From positions 1-44,656 of the IMG/VR virus record IMGVR_UViG_3300045391_001696: DNA of 44,656 bases; one strand, 5' to 3'. How positions within the stretch are numbered: position 1 is the first letter of the stretch; the number at the start of each line of letters is the position of its first letter. The notes under the pieces are model-generated. The model saw nothing but the letters and a program-made list of their open reading frames with translations, did not search any database and had not been told where the DNA came from. Made by a program: the position numbers and the translations under genes. The DNA comes from a virus. Shown here piece by piece: positions 34,346 through 41,814 of the stretch.

Positions 34346-35098
34346 ATGATTCCACGCCCATATGAAAAAATGCGGCGCAATTTTTTAGAGCGGGTTAAAA
34401 GAGCCGACCGAGGGGAAACTGTTCTTGTAATTCCCGACCTTCATATACCATTCAACCATATCGATGCTTTAGATTTCCTCAAAGCCGTTAAGGATAAATA
34501 CCATCCCACCCAATTCGTATGCCTGGGCGATGAAATAGACGCAGCAAGCTTTTCCCGCTATACGCCAGATCCAGACGGAATGACTCCGGGGCAAGAGCTT
34601 GCCAAGGCCATTGAGGGCCTTGTGCCGTTCTATCTCGAATTCCCCAATATGCTGGTATGCGAGTCCAACCATACCGTAAGGCCATGGAAAAAGGCTTTTG
34701 ACGCTGGTTTGCCTGCCAGCTTCCTACCCAGTATAGCCAAGATTTTAAATGCTCCTGACGGCTGGCAATGGGCCTCACGATGGGAAATAGACGGCGTTTT
34801 ATACATACACGGCGATAATGGTAAATCAGGTCAGTATGCGGCAGTCAATTACATGAAGTCTGCCAAGCAATCTGTCGTAATCGGTCATATCCACAGTTAC
34901 GCCTCGGTATTCTATGAGGGTAATGATTTTGCCATGAATACGGGGTGTCTTATAGACCATACCGCATTCTGCTTTAAATACGCCAAGAACATGCTTACTA
35001 GGGTGAATCTGGGGTGCGGCATAGTTATTGACGGTAAGGAAGCCCATTTCATTCCCATGCGCTTAAACCCACAAGGACGCTGGCAGGGATATCTATGA
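34346..35098 (+). CDS. calcineurin-like metallophosphoesterase
   Basis: Motifs IPDLHIP, CLGDEID, ESNH, IHGDNG, IGHIH. Confidence 0.75.
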   Translation: MIPRPYEKMRRNFLERVKRADRGETVLVIPDLHIPFNHIDALDFLKAVKDKYHPTQFVCLGDEIDAASFSRYTPDPDGMTPGQELAKAIEGLVPFYLEFPNMLVCESNHTVRPWKKAFDAGLPASFLPSIAKILNAPDGWQWASRWEIDGVLYIHGDNGKSGQYAAVNYMKSAKQSVVIGHIHSYASVFYEGNDFAMNTGCLIDHTAFCFKYAKNMLTRVNLGCGIVIDGKEAHFIPMRLNPQGRWQGYL

Positions 35099-35286
35099 GG
35101 CAACCCATCAATCCACCCCTTATATACTACCGAGACGGCCATACGTGCGTTGAGCGGGTACTGGTATTCGATAATGAGACATATATCGAGAAGATGGATA
35201 ACCAGCATGTTTTGAATGTCATGGCTGGGCTTGCCTCGATTAATATGGCTGTATGGGCCAGAAAGACCCATGCGGAAGAAAATTAG
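35095..35286 (+). CDS. hypothetical protein (63 aa), last late-operon gene
   Basis: ORF track; ATGA overlap. Confidence 0.4.
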   Translation: MRQPINPPLIYYRDGHTCVERVLVFDNETYIEKMDNQHVLNVMAGLASINMAVWARKTHAEEN

Positions 35287-35377
35287 GGCTACTGGTTGAC
35301 TTTCGGGGATTTTCATATAGTATAAATGGACACCCTGATTGCAGCTTCCCTCGAAAAGAATACTGCGGTCTAAGATT

Positions 35378-35410
35378 AACCCGGTTTCAGCTTCGCTGGC
35401 CGGGTTTTTC
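35378..35410 (+). terminator. rho-independent terminator ending the late operon
   Basis: AACCCGG...CCGGGTT stem with inner CAGC/GCTG pairing, followed by TTTTC. Confidence 0.65.
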
Positions 35411-35440
35411 ATTGACTATGACTATTATAATATAAACAAC

Positions 35441-35457
35441 TGTCCTATGCAAGGACA
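35441..35457 (-). terminator. possible terminator hairpin for the convergent minus-strand cassette
   Basis: TGTCCT-atgca-AGGACA; on the minus strand it is followed by the T-rich GTTGTTTATATT. Confidence 0.3.
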
Positions 35458-35593
35458 ACAACGGTGCTTTATGCAACCGCTGATATACTGGCGGTATGAG
35501 ATTCGTGCTTATCATCGTATTGCTATCATTCCCGGCCTATGCGGCTTGCAGGACATCGCTTACAATGGGCGGTGATCTTCGGACGGAGTGCAG

Positions 35594-35962
35594 CTAGTCA
35601 GAGGTCTTAGTAGCGTTATCGCGCTTACCCCAGCCTACAGGACATTCGCACTTTCCCCATTGCGCGTTACATTCATTACAAAGGGTTTCACCCAATAAAA
35701 ACGAGGCTGAATTATGGCCGTCCGTATTCTGAGATGGGCTCCCGAAACCCTCTAAAATCAAGTCGCCTCTTGGAAGAAACTTTCCGTCATCCGTTTCATT
35801 GAGATCAAGACCAGCAGTATAGGGATGCTTGTATGAGTGCTTAAGATAAGACTGTATGATCCTGCGAAATTTATCTTCCGAAAGCGACATTTGTCCATAA
35901 TCTTCCTTTGGGGCTACCGAAGCTTCCTCAGCAAAGGCGGCTTTAAATGCTTCATCATCCAT
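35594..35962 (-). CDS. hypothetical Cys-rich C-terminus protein (122 aa)
   Basis: Track frame trimmed to ATG 35962, which has AAGGAG 7 nt upstream; C-terminus CNECNAQWGKCECPVGW. Confidence 0.5.
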   Translation of the reverse strand: MDDEAFKAAFAEEASVAPKEDYGQMSLSEDKFRRIIQSYLKHSYKHPYTAGLDLNETDDGKFLPRGDLILEGFGSPSQNTDGHNSASFLLGETLCNECNAQWGKCECPVGWGKRDNATKTSD

Positions 35963-36093
35963 TATCCCGCTCCTTATGGTAAAAACCAATATTGATTCTT
36001 GGGAGTTGAAAGATAAATGCGACCAGCCATAACCAGAGCAGGGCTGGAGAAATGGCAAAATCAAGCGCTCTCTTTTTGAGGGGGCTAATCAGC

Positions 36094-36303
36094 TTATCCA
36101 TTGCCAATCTCGTATCCAAAATATTTCTTGCCACTCATCTCGTCCTTCTGGTCTTGGGTGGTACATTCCATATGCTGATGCCCCCATTTGTCAGAATCAC
36201 TGTTTGGCTTCCCGACATTGGTCAAACGCACCATTACGCTCTTTCCTAACTCGACAGGTTCGCCACAGCGTAAGCAGGGATACGTATTATTGATCTGGTT
36301 CAT
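36094..36303 (-). CDS. small zinc-ribbon-like protein (69 aa)
   Basis: ORF track; PCLRCGEP...HQHMEC; ATGA overlap upstream. Confidence 0.5.
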   Translation of the reverse strand: MNQINNTYPCLRCGEPVELGKSVMVRLTNVGKPNSDSDKWGHQHMECTTQDQKDEMSGKKYFGYEIGNG

Positions 36304-36518
36304 GACATACCCTCCGTAGATTCTAGGCTCTTAAGATTTTTGATTTGATCGCGCAGTACATAAACGAATTTCGCTGCGGCCTCGTCCATCGTAATACCAT
36401 CAGGAATACGCACACCAAATCCCGTTTGCGTAGGAAAGATACTTAAAATATCTCTTCCACCCACGCCAAACGTTAGTTGGTTTATTTCGTTCTTATTAAT
36501 TTGCAAAATTTCGTTCAT
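36300..36518 (-). CDS. hypothetical protein (72 aa)
   Basis: ORF track; ATGA overlaps on both sides. Confidence 0.5.
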   Translation of the reverse strand: MNEILQINKNEINQLTFGVGGRDILSIFPTQTGFGVRIPDGITMDEAAAKFVYVLRDQIKNLKSLESTEGMS

Positions 36519-36685
36519 TTCTCGTCCTCCGATTTGTTCGTTAGGTGTTTAGCAAAAAATTCCTCTAATGCTTCTGTTATGGCTTCTTTCATAATACGCT
36601 TTTGTGCTCTGCAAATGGGGCAACCGCTTGCAATAGAACCCAACCATTCATGTCCACAGCTTCCAGTACATCTACCGTATGTCAT
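36515..36685 (-). CDS. small zinc-ribbon protein (56 aa), not in ORF track
   Basis: Hand-translated MTYGRCTGSCGHEWLGSIASGCPICRAQKRIMKEAITEALEEFFAKHLTNKSEDEK; stop overlaps the next ATG. Confidence 0.45.
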   Translation of the reverse strand: MTYGRCTGSCGHEWLGSIASGCPICRAQKRIMKEAITEALEEFFAKHLTNKSEDEK

Positions 36686-36701
36686 ATCATCACTTTCTAG
36701 G

Positions 36702-36863
36702 TTACTCTGTAATCGAGGTCACTTTATAGATTCCATTCGGCGGGGGCTTCATCAGCCCAACCCGCACAAGCGCTCTCTTGTACCAAGGCAAGCATTGCAA
36801 ATGACATGGCAACGGAATGTAAATTCGGTCTCCAGTCACCACTTCGATTCCATCTATTTTCAT
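36702..36863 (-). CDS. possible small protein (53 aa), not in ORF track
   Basis: Hand-translated MKIDGIEVVTGDRIYIPLPCHLQCLPWYKRALVRVGLMKPPPNGIYKVTSITE. Confidence 0.3.
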   Translation of the reverse strand: MKIDGIEVVTGDRIYIPLPCHLQCLPWYKRALVRVGLMKPPPNGIYKVTSITE

Positions 36864-36882
36864 AAATCACCCTATATTATCT

Positions 36883-37059
36883 TCAGTTATCAGCTATTGT
36901 AATAAAAGCAGCCATAGCTACTACGATATAAACTATACCCCATCCAATGCCGAATTTAATTGCTATGGCTATGTACGGTATAACCAGAGCGCAAATCCCC
37001 ACAGCCAACATCAAAGTCACCGCCGTTAGTACAAAAACAAATCTTTTCGCTAATTCCAT
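36883..37059 (-). CDS. small two-TM membrane protein (58 aa), not in ORF track
   Basis: Hand-translated MELAKRFVFVLTAVTLMLAVGICALVIPYIAIAIKFGIGWGIVYIVVAMAAFITIADN; AGGGA RBS. Confidence 0.45.
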   Translation of the reverse strand: MELAKRFVFVLTAVTLMLAVGICALVIPYIAIAIKFGIGWGIVYIVVAMAAFITIADN

Positions 37060-37077
37060 AACATCCCTATAAATATT

Positions 37078-37302
37078 TCATTTCCGGTTATCGTGTGCAA
37101 ATAATACCCCGAATGGGTCATTATGCTCGATTACTTCAATGTCCTCGAATAATAGCTTTCCATCCGAATATTCCAAATAGTCGTGTAAGTCCTCAAGATG
37201 AGTTTTGCCAAGCGCTATAACTTGCGGCTTGTGGCCGGTGTCTTTCACATAGCCCTCGATGCTGCCAACCAGGCCATTATACATCACGTTTCTATCTAGC
37301 AT
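37078..37302 (-). CDS. hypothetical protein (74 aa), first gene inward of attP
   Basis: Track frame trimmed from TTG 37323 to ATG 37302. Confidence 0.5.
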   Translation of the reverse strand: MLDRNVMYNGLVGSIEGYVKDTGHKPQVIALGKTHLEDLHDYLEYSDGKLLFEDIEVIEHNDPFGVLFAHDNRK

Positions 37303-37486
37303 GAGCGCTTCCCAGATGAGCAATCCCTTATTAACGATTTTAGTATAATGATAAATTTAACCATATAAATCTACTGTAACGGTATTGTGACGATTTAAAC
37401 CGTTTTCTACGGTTGTCATTTCTTCCGTTTCTTTCCCTGTAACCAGCACTGTGCTTGCATTTGGCCGTATTTTTGGTAAATCCATA

Positions 37487-37535
37487 GAGGACTCTGACTC
37501 CGTCAACCTAGGTTCGAATCCTAGTCCCCCAGCCA
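37487..37535 (+). other. attP core candidate: 3' 49 nt of a tRNA-Gln(CUG) gene (anticodon arm to CCA); not a complete tRNA
   Basis: Anticodon loop CTCTGAC (CTG at 37494-37496), T arm CTAGG-TTCGAAT-CCTAG, acceptor TCCCCCA, discriminator G, CCA. No matching 5' acceptor strand lies upstream. Confidence 0.7.
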
Positions 37536-37537
37536 CA

Positions 37538-38617
37538 CTATAACTTAGCATGCCTGCTCCTTTCAGCCGATTTTGCTTGTTTAGCACTCCGTTTGCCTTG
37601 TGACGATTTTGTGACGGTTCCCATAGCTTTATGCAGATCATCCGTCTTGAGAAACCAATAAGATTTCTCCGTTACTGCGATACTGTGATGCCCTAGTAAT
37701 TCCTTGAGGGTTTCAAGTTTGATATCGTCCTCACGGTAGCGCCAGCATGTGAAGGTGCGCCTTAGGTCGTGCAGGGTCACATTGGGTACTTTAGCCTCCT
37801 TGGCGGCCCTTTGAAGTGCCTTATTGAGCGTCTTAAATGGGATGCCCTTCTTATGCCAGAAAACCAAGTCTGTTTTAGTGTGACGAATTTGTGACTCTAG
37901 TATCGCAATGGCGCGTGCCCTCAAAGGAACAATACGGTCTTTATTAGCCTTAGTATTGATGACAGTCATTTCCCTCTTTTTTAGGTCAATCTGCTCCCAG
38001 CAAAGACTTATTAATTCCTCTGATCGCAGGCCGGTTTCAACGTCGAATTCGCACATATCGGCCTGAAGTTTACCAAGATGGGGAAGTATCTTCTCGAATT
38101 CCTTGCGGCTTAAATTGCGTGTCCTTGGCTGCCCCTCATCCATCTTCTTAATGGTAATCAAAGGATTATATTCAATCATATCCCTGTCGGCGGCGAAAGA
38201 GAATAGGGCGGACAGGTAAGAGCGATCTCGGTTTACTGAGCTTCCCGATACCTCCTTAGCCCTTGCATCCAGATACGCCACGATTTCAGCCTTTCCTATT
38301 TCACTGATAAGCTTGCCGGTAAAGTGTGCATCACAGGCATTCGCGCTAACTTCATAGCGAAGTACAGATTTAGGTTTGAGAACGATATCGCAATGCTCAA
38401 GGAATTTTTCCATAAGATCGTCATACAAAATATCTTCCTTAACCCCGTTACGTTTGCGCTTCAGGCGTTCGCGGGCATTGTCCCGCCATTCTCTCGCCTT
38501 TGTTGGCGACGTTTCCTTAGTAGATTCGTGGATTTTCCCGCCGCCAAGCTCAATCTTGCACCACCAGTACTTGCCCCTTTTATAGAGGTTGTCCATGTTC
38601 TTTGGCTTTGCTGGCAT
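37538..38617 (-). CDS. int: tyrosine recombinase (phage integrase)
   Basis: Arm-binding-type N-terminus LYKRGKYWWC; catalytic GLRSEE, HDLRRTF, LLGHHSIAVTEKSY. The stop codon is 3 nt from the tRNA fragment. Confidence 0.9.
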   Translation of the reverse strand: MPAKPKNMDNLYKRGKYWWCKIELGGGKIHESTKETSPTKAREWRDNARERLKRKRNGVKEDILYDDLMEKFLEHCDIVLKPKSVLRYEVSANACDAHFTGKLISEIGKAEIVAYLDARAKEVSGSSVNRDRSYLSALFSFAADRDMIEYNPLITIKKMDEGQPRTRNLSRKEFEKILPHLGKLQADMCEFDVETGLRSEELISLCWEQIDLKKREMTVINTKANKDRIVPLRARAIAILESQIRHTKTDLVFWHKKGIPFKTLNKALQRAAKEAKVPNVTLHDLRRTFTCWRYREDDIKLETLKELLGHHSIAVTEKSYWFLKTDDLHKAMGTVTKSSQGKRSAKQAKSAERSRHAKL

Positions 38618-38793
38618 GATAACTCCCTTTGCTTAAACCATTGACGGGCACGGCGTTCATCAAACAACCATTTCCCGCCATCTACAAGCTGAAATGCGCC
38701 AGGTATCTCGCCGGACTTGGCCATAGAGACAATCTGCCTGGGCGTGTAGGGAATGATTTCGGCAATACGCTGCGCTTCTACGTATTCAGTCAT
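38461..38793 (-). CDS. xis: excisionase-like HTH protein
   Basis: EAQRIAEIIPYTPRQIVSMAKSGEIPGAFQLVDGGKWLFDERRARQWF resembles AlpA/Xis-type wHTH proteins. The open frame runs 157 nt into int. Confidence 0.6.
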   Translation of the reverse strand: MTEYVEAQRIAEIIPYTPRQIVSMAKSGEIPGAFQLVDGGKWLFDERRARQWFKQRELSCQQSQRTWTTSIKGASTGGARLSLAAGKSTNLLRKRRQQRRENGGTMPANA

Positions 38794-38804
38794 CTCGATA
38801 CTCG

Positions 38805-39041
38805 CTAGCGTAATGTCCAATGTTTACGGTTACTAACTCCATCTTCACACCCCTCCTGAAAATGAATCCACGCACGAAAGCACTGCCTTCCCTCTGGGTT
38901 TTTAGGTTCAGAGAGAAAATATTCTACGGGATCTAATAATACCCATCCCGCTATTGGCTGCTTTGTAACGCCTTTGTTTCTGCCAACAGCCACATCAATG
39001 GATTGATATGGCGGCAACTCGTTCGTCAGTTCGTGGGTCAT
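38805..39041 (-). CDS. hypothetical protein (78 aa)
   Basis: ORF track. Confidence 0.5.
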   Translation of the reverse strand: MTHELTNELPPYQSIDVAVGRNKGVTKQPIAGWVLLDPVEYFLSEPKNPEGRQCFRAWIHFQEGCEDGVSNRKHWTLR

Positions 39042-39193
39042 GGCACAAGCCTCAGCGTATAATCGATGTCATCAATTAGATTCATGGATTGGATTTTTAT
39101 TTCACTGCCCTTGTAGCAAACCTTGCAAACAAGGCGCAAAAGTGCCTTGGCAATAGCAAAACAAACTTTCATTGTCAGATAGCGCCAATTCAT
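39038..39193 (-). CDS. possible small protein (51 aa), not in ORF track
   Basis: Hand-translated MNWRYLTMKVCFAIAKALLRLVCKVCYKGSEIKIQSMNLIDDIDYTLRLVP; ATGA overlaps at both ends. Confidence 0.4.
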   Translation of the reverse strand: MNWRYLTMKVCFAIAKALLRLVCKVCYKGSEIKIQSMNLIDDIDYTLRLVP

Positions 39194-39363
39194 TTATCGA
39201 CTCCTGGTTCATCGTTCTTACAAAACTCACCCCATGCAATAGGCGCTCCCGGCTTTCCCCACCAATTATCAGCGTCGATAGCGTCCTTTGCTGTAAACTC
39301 GCGCCCACAGGTATGCTTTGTGGTCTTTGAGCAGCAGAAGGTAGTATCTCTAAAGCAGATCAT
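39190..39363 (-). CDS. possible small Cys-rich protein (57 aa), not in ORF track
   Basis: Hand-translated MICFRDTTFCCSKTTKHTCGREFTAKDAIDADNWWGKPGAPIAWGEFCKNDEPGVDK; ATGA overlaps at both ends. Confidence 0.4.
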   Translation of the reverse strand: MICFRDTTFCCSKTTKHTCGREFTAKDAIDADNWWGKPGAPIAWGEFCKNDEPGVDK

Positions 39364-39614
39364 TTCGTCCTCTCATCGTTTGATTTAGTTGCCTTCGGCG
39401 GCTTACCCTTAAAGTCCTTTGGGAATTCAAGAACTGGCTTGATGATTCCGGCCATTATCCAAGCCACATCCTTTATGCAATCCTCCGGCGTTTCTCCGGC
39501 AATGGAAATGTCGCAATATGAATAGGGGCGTTTTTTGTTATCGTAATAAACCTCTTGCATCATGCAATGCGGCTCCCCGTTTTCTATGATTCTTACAATG
39601 CGGTAATTCCACAT
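39360..39614 (-). CDS. hypothetical protein (84 aa)
   Basis: Track frame trimmed to ATG 39614, 1 nt after the upstream stop at 39616. Confidence 0.5.
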   Translation of the reverse strand: MWNYRIVRIIENGEPHCMMQEVYYDNKKRPYSYCDISIAGETPEDCIKDVAWIMAGIIKPVLEFPKDFKGKPPKATKSNDERTK

Positions 39615-39615
39615 A

Positions 39616-40026
39616 TCAATTATCGCCTTTAGATAGGGTTCTCTTGCGGCGCATCGCTGCATATTTCTCGCAATAGCGATAATGGCCTCTCTCGGCTTCG
39701 ATGCTTTCTGCATAGCGCTTACCGTCAATCGTATAACAAGGAACGGGCGGAATACGCTTAATCATTTGCGCCAACTCCCAATATACTTCCTGTTTTGCAT
39801 CCCAAGCTATATCCCCAGAGTTTCTGCAATCGTAATCAATGGATGGCTTTTCTTTCGGAGCATTTTCTAGGATGCAATTAAGAAATGCCTTTATAGCCTC
39901 TGATCTATCGGGGTATTCCGAACCATATGTAAGGGGGTGTATATATGGATCAACACCGCAACTGCATATTTCTGGAATTTCGGCAGGCCCATTATGCAGG
40001 GCACAATCTGAAGCATGTTCTTTCAT
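39616..40026 (-). CDS. hypothetical Cys-containing protein (136 aa)
   Basis: ORF track. Confidence 0.55.
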   Translation of the reverse strand: MKEHASDCALHNGPAEIPEICSCGVDPYIHPLTYGSEYPDRSEAIKAFLNCILENAPKEKPSIDYDCRNSGDIAWDAKQEVYWELAQMIKRIPPVPCYTIDGKRYAESIEAERGHYRYCEKYAAMRRKRTLSKGDN

Positions 40027-40032
40027 AAAATC

Positions 40033-40551
40033 CTACTTAAGTTGAAATGCATTTTTCTTTATCCATTCGTGGTCAACCTCGGACGGATTGCGGTCTATAC
40101 ACCAAAGTCCACGGGTGCTGTCATATTCATGCTGTAATGTTGCAAGTTTACTCAACACCGGCTTGGGTGCAATCTGCATGGATTCGAGAAGATCGAGCAA
40201 CGGATAGCGTTCAACGCAGTCTGTAAAATTGCTTCCCAGAAGCGGAGCCTTTAAAACGGGTAATGCCTTCACTAGATCGATTAACGGAATCTCACGCGGT
40301 AAATGATCGACAAACCGCTCGTCTCTTACAGGCTGTCTTGATGCTTCGGCGAATTTATCAACTAGATCAAGGGCTGGGGAAGCCGTGGCAGCTATCATCG
40401 GTGCTTCCCCCATAGCTGCGATGGCCTCACGCAATTTACGTTTAAGCCAAGTATGACCAAGGCGCACATTCTCAGGCGTAATGATAGCCTCAAGATTAGC
40501 GCTCAGAAGTGAATGGATTGGCGGTTGTGTGGTCATGCTGTTACCAATCAT
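40033..40551 (-). CDS. hypothetical protein (172 aa; alternative start 40536)
   Basis: ORF track. Confidence 0.55.
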   Translation of the reverse strand: MIGNSMTTQPPIHSLLSANLEAIITPENVRLGHTWLKRKLREAIAAMGEAPMIAATASPALDLVDKFAEASRQPVRDERFVDHLPREIPLIDLVKALPVLKAPLLGSNFTDCVERYPLLDLLESMQIAPKPVLSKLATLQHEYDSTRGLWCIDRNPSEVDHEWIKKNAFQLK

Positions 40552-40666
40552 TATGAAGTTGTGGTGATTGACGATCTCCGCACTTTATGCAGATACCGTT
40601 AGCATTAATTCTATGGTTCTCGAAAAAGCAGAATAGCCATCGATTCCACCATTTATGAGTTGTCAT
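40541..40666 (-). CDS. possible small protein (41 aa), not in ORF track
   Basis: Hand-translated MTTHKWWNRWLFCFFENHRINANGICIKCGDRQSPQLHNDW; ATGA overlap upstream. Confidence 0.35.
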   Translation of the reverse strand: MTTHKWWNRWLFCFFENHRINANGICIKCGDRQSPQLHNDW

Positions 40667-40767
40667 GTCGGACACCCTACAGTTGCAATTAAATAAACCC
40701 CGCTTATTGCTCCGGTTATTGAAGCCGCAATAAACCAGTATAAGAACCAGATCAGCGAATCAGTCAT
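40663..40767 (-). CDS. possible single-TM micro-protein (34 aa), not in ORF track
   Basis: Hand-translated MTDSLIWFLYWFIAASITGAISGVYLIATVGCPT; GAGGAG RBS; ATGA overlaps. Confidence 0.35.
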   Translation of the reverse strand: MTDSLIWFLYWFIAASITGAISGVYLIATVGCPT

Positions 40768-40925
40768 CGACTTATCTCCTCAGCCGCTTCAATTAGCAGC
40801 GTAAAATTATCTCTGCCTACGTGTGTTTGAGTAGTAGCGCGAGCCATTTTAAGAAGCCTAACGGAGATACGCAGAAGGAAACGGCGTATGCTTCGACGCA
40901 CTAAATAATTATATTCACCAATCAT
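40764..40925 (-). CDS. possible small basic protein (53 aa), not in ORF track
   Basis: Hand-translated MIGEYNYLVRRSIRRFLLRISVRLLKMARATTQTHVGRDNFTLLIEAAEEISR. Confidence 0.35.
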   Translation of the reverse strand: MIGEYNYLVRRSIRRFLLRISVRLLKMARATTQTHVGRDNFTLLIEAAEEISR

Positions 40926-40936
40926 GCTCGTATTCA

Positions 40937-41164
40937 TCACTCATTCTCCAATGGTTCGGGTAGCGGTGTCCAATGTGTCGGTTTAAAATTGTGTGGCCAT
41001 CTTGCAAAAGACCCATCTGTTTCAAGCCATACGCACCACGGATCGCTCGTGTAGGGTTTGCCACCAGTGAATCCATTACAAACATTGAATGCCTGAACGA
41101 CAAACATAGTGTCAGGGAAAACCGTGCCGTTATTAATCTCAAGCCAACCGGAGTTCGTGTTCAT
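40937..41164 (-). CDS. DUF551-like protein (75 aa)
   Basis: C-terminus PTHWTPLPEPLE resembles the DUF551 signature THWMPLPEPP. Trimmed to ATG 41164 (ATGA overlap). Confidence 0.6.
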   Translation of the reverse strand: MNTNSGWLEINNGTVFPDTMFVVQAFNVCNGFTGGKPYTSDPWCVWLETDGSFARWPHNFKPTHWTPLPEPLENE

Positions 41165-41367
41165 TGCGGTTCCCTGATAAATTCGGTACAGCCGTACCAA
41201 TTATTGGTATGTAACCAGACAGGCTCTTTACTATTCATTGCCTGCACATGCTCGTTATTCTTAAGCGCAGCATCCACATATTCTTGCTTTGTATTGTAAT
41301 AATGAACCTCGGCGGTATCTAAATTGCCGCACGTGCTTAAGCCAAAGCATAATAATACCCATTTCAT
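41161..41367 (-). CDS. small secreted protein or lipoprotein (68 aa)
   Basis: Trimmed to ATG 41367. MKWVLLCFGLSTCGNLD has a signal peptide with a lipobox-like LSTC. Confidence 0.5.
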   Translation of the reverse strand: MKWVLLCFGLSTCGNLDTAEVHYYNTKQEYVDAALKNNEHVQAMNSKEPVWLHTNNWYGCTEFIREPQ

Positions 41368-41398
41368 ATTGTTTCCCCATCTATCAGTCCGGTGTTTG

Positions 41399-41794
41399 TC
41401 ATATTTTCCCCCCGCACATAAGCAACTCCATAACCTGCTCTGTAATCTTCCCAGCAATGTCTCGAAATATCGAGAACTGATCGACCGCCTGCTGGTACTC
41501 ATATTTTAATCTTACTGGCCTGCCGTTCACTTTGAAGAAGATGTGCCTTGCTCTGTCGTAATGAGATTCTTCGGTCTGCACATAGGAAGCATCAATGGAA
41601 GGAATATCAACGGTCACGCGATCAGTAATATCTTTCCAAATCTTTTCCTCATATTCTTTCGCCAGCCGAATAGAGTCATCCGTAGGTGCTCGATGCTCAT
41701 GCACTTCACGAGTAACATATTCTGTGCGTGTCTCTTGATGCCCCATAGAAAGCATTGCGCCTAACGCCAATAATTCTCTATCTTTCCTACTCAT
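41399..41794 (-). CDS. hypothetical protein (131 aa)
   Basis: ORF track. Confidence 0.55.
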   Translation of the reverse strand: MSRKDRELLALGAMLSMGHQETRTEYVTREVHEHRAPTDDSIRLAKEYEEKIWKDITDRVTVDIPSIDASYVQTEESHYDRARHIFFKVNGRPVRLKYEYQQAVDQFSIFRDIAGKITEQVMELLMCGGKI

Positions 41795-41814
41795 GACCTA
41801 TGAACCCTTTGTTG

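Noticed and set aside
34912-35412. Minus-strand ORF of 166 aa
   Set aside because: It is antisense to the metallophosphoesterase 3' end and the last late gene, and it spans the late-operon terminator hairpin.
37441-37540. A full tRNA gene
   Set aside because: Only the anticodon arm, variable loop, T arm and 3' acceptor strand are present. The upstream sequence has no complementary TGGGGGA acceptor strand and no D arm, so this is an attP fragment.
37357-37641. Minus-strand ORF of 94 aa across the tRNA fragment
   Set aside because: It overlaps the integrase 3' end out of frame and reads through the tRNA-derived attP core. It is an artefact of the open frame.
39089-39388. Plus-strand ORF (99 aa) and minus-strand ORF at 39102-39308 (68 aa)
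   Set aside because: A different minus-strand frame gives two short ORFs (39190-39363 and 39038-39193). Their starts and stops interlock by ATGA with both flanking genes, which explains the region better.
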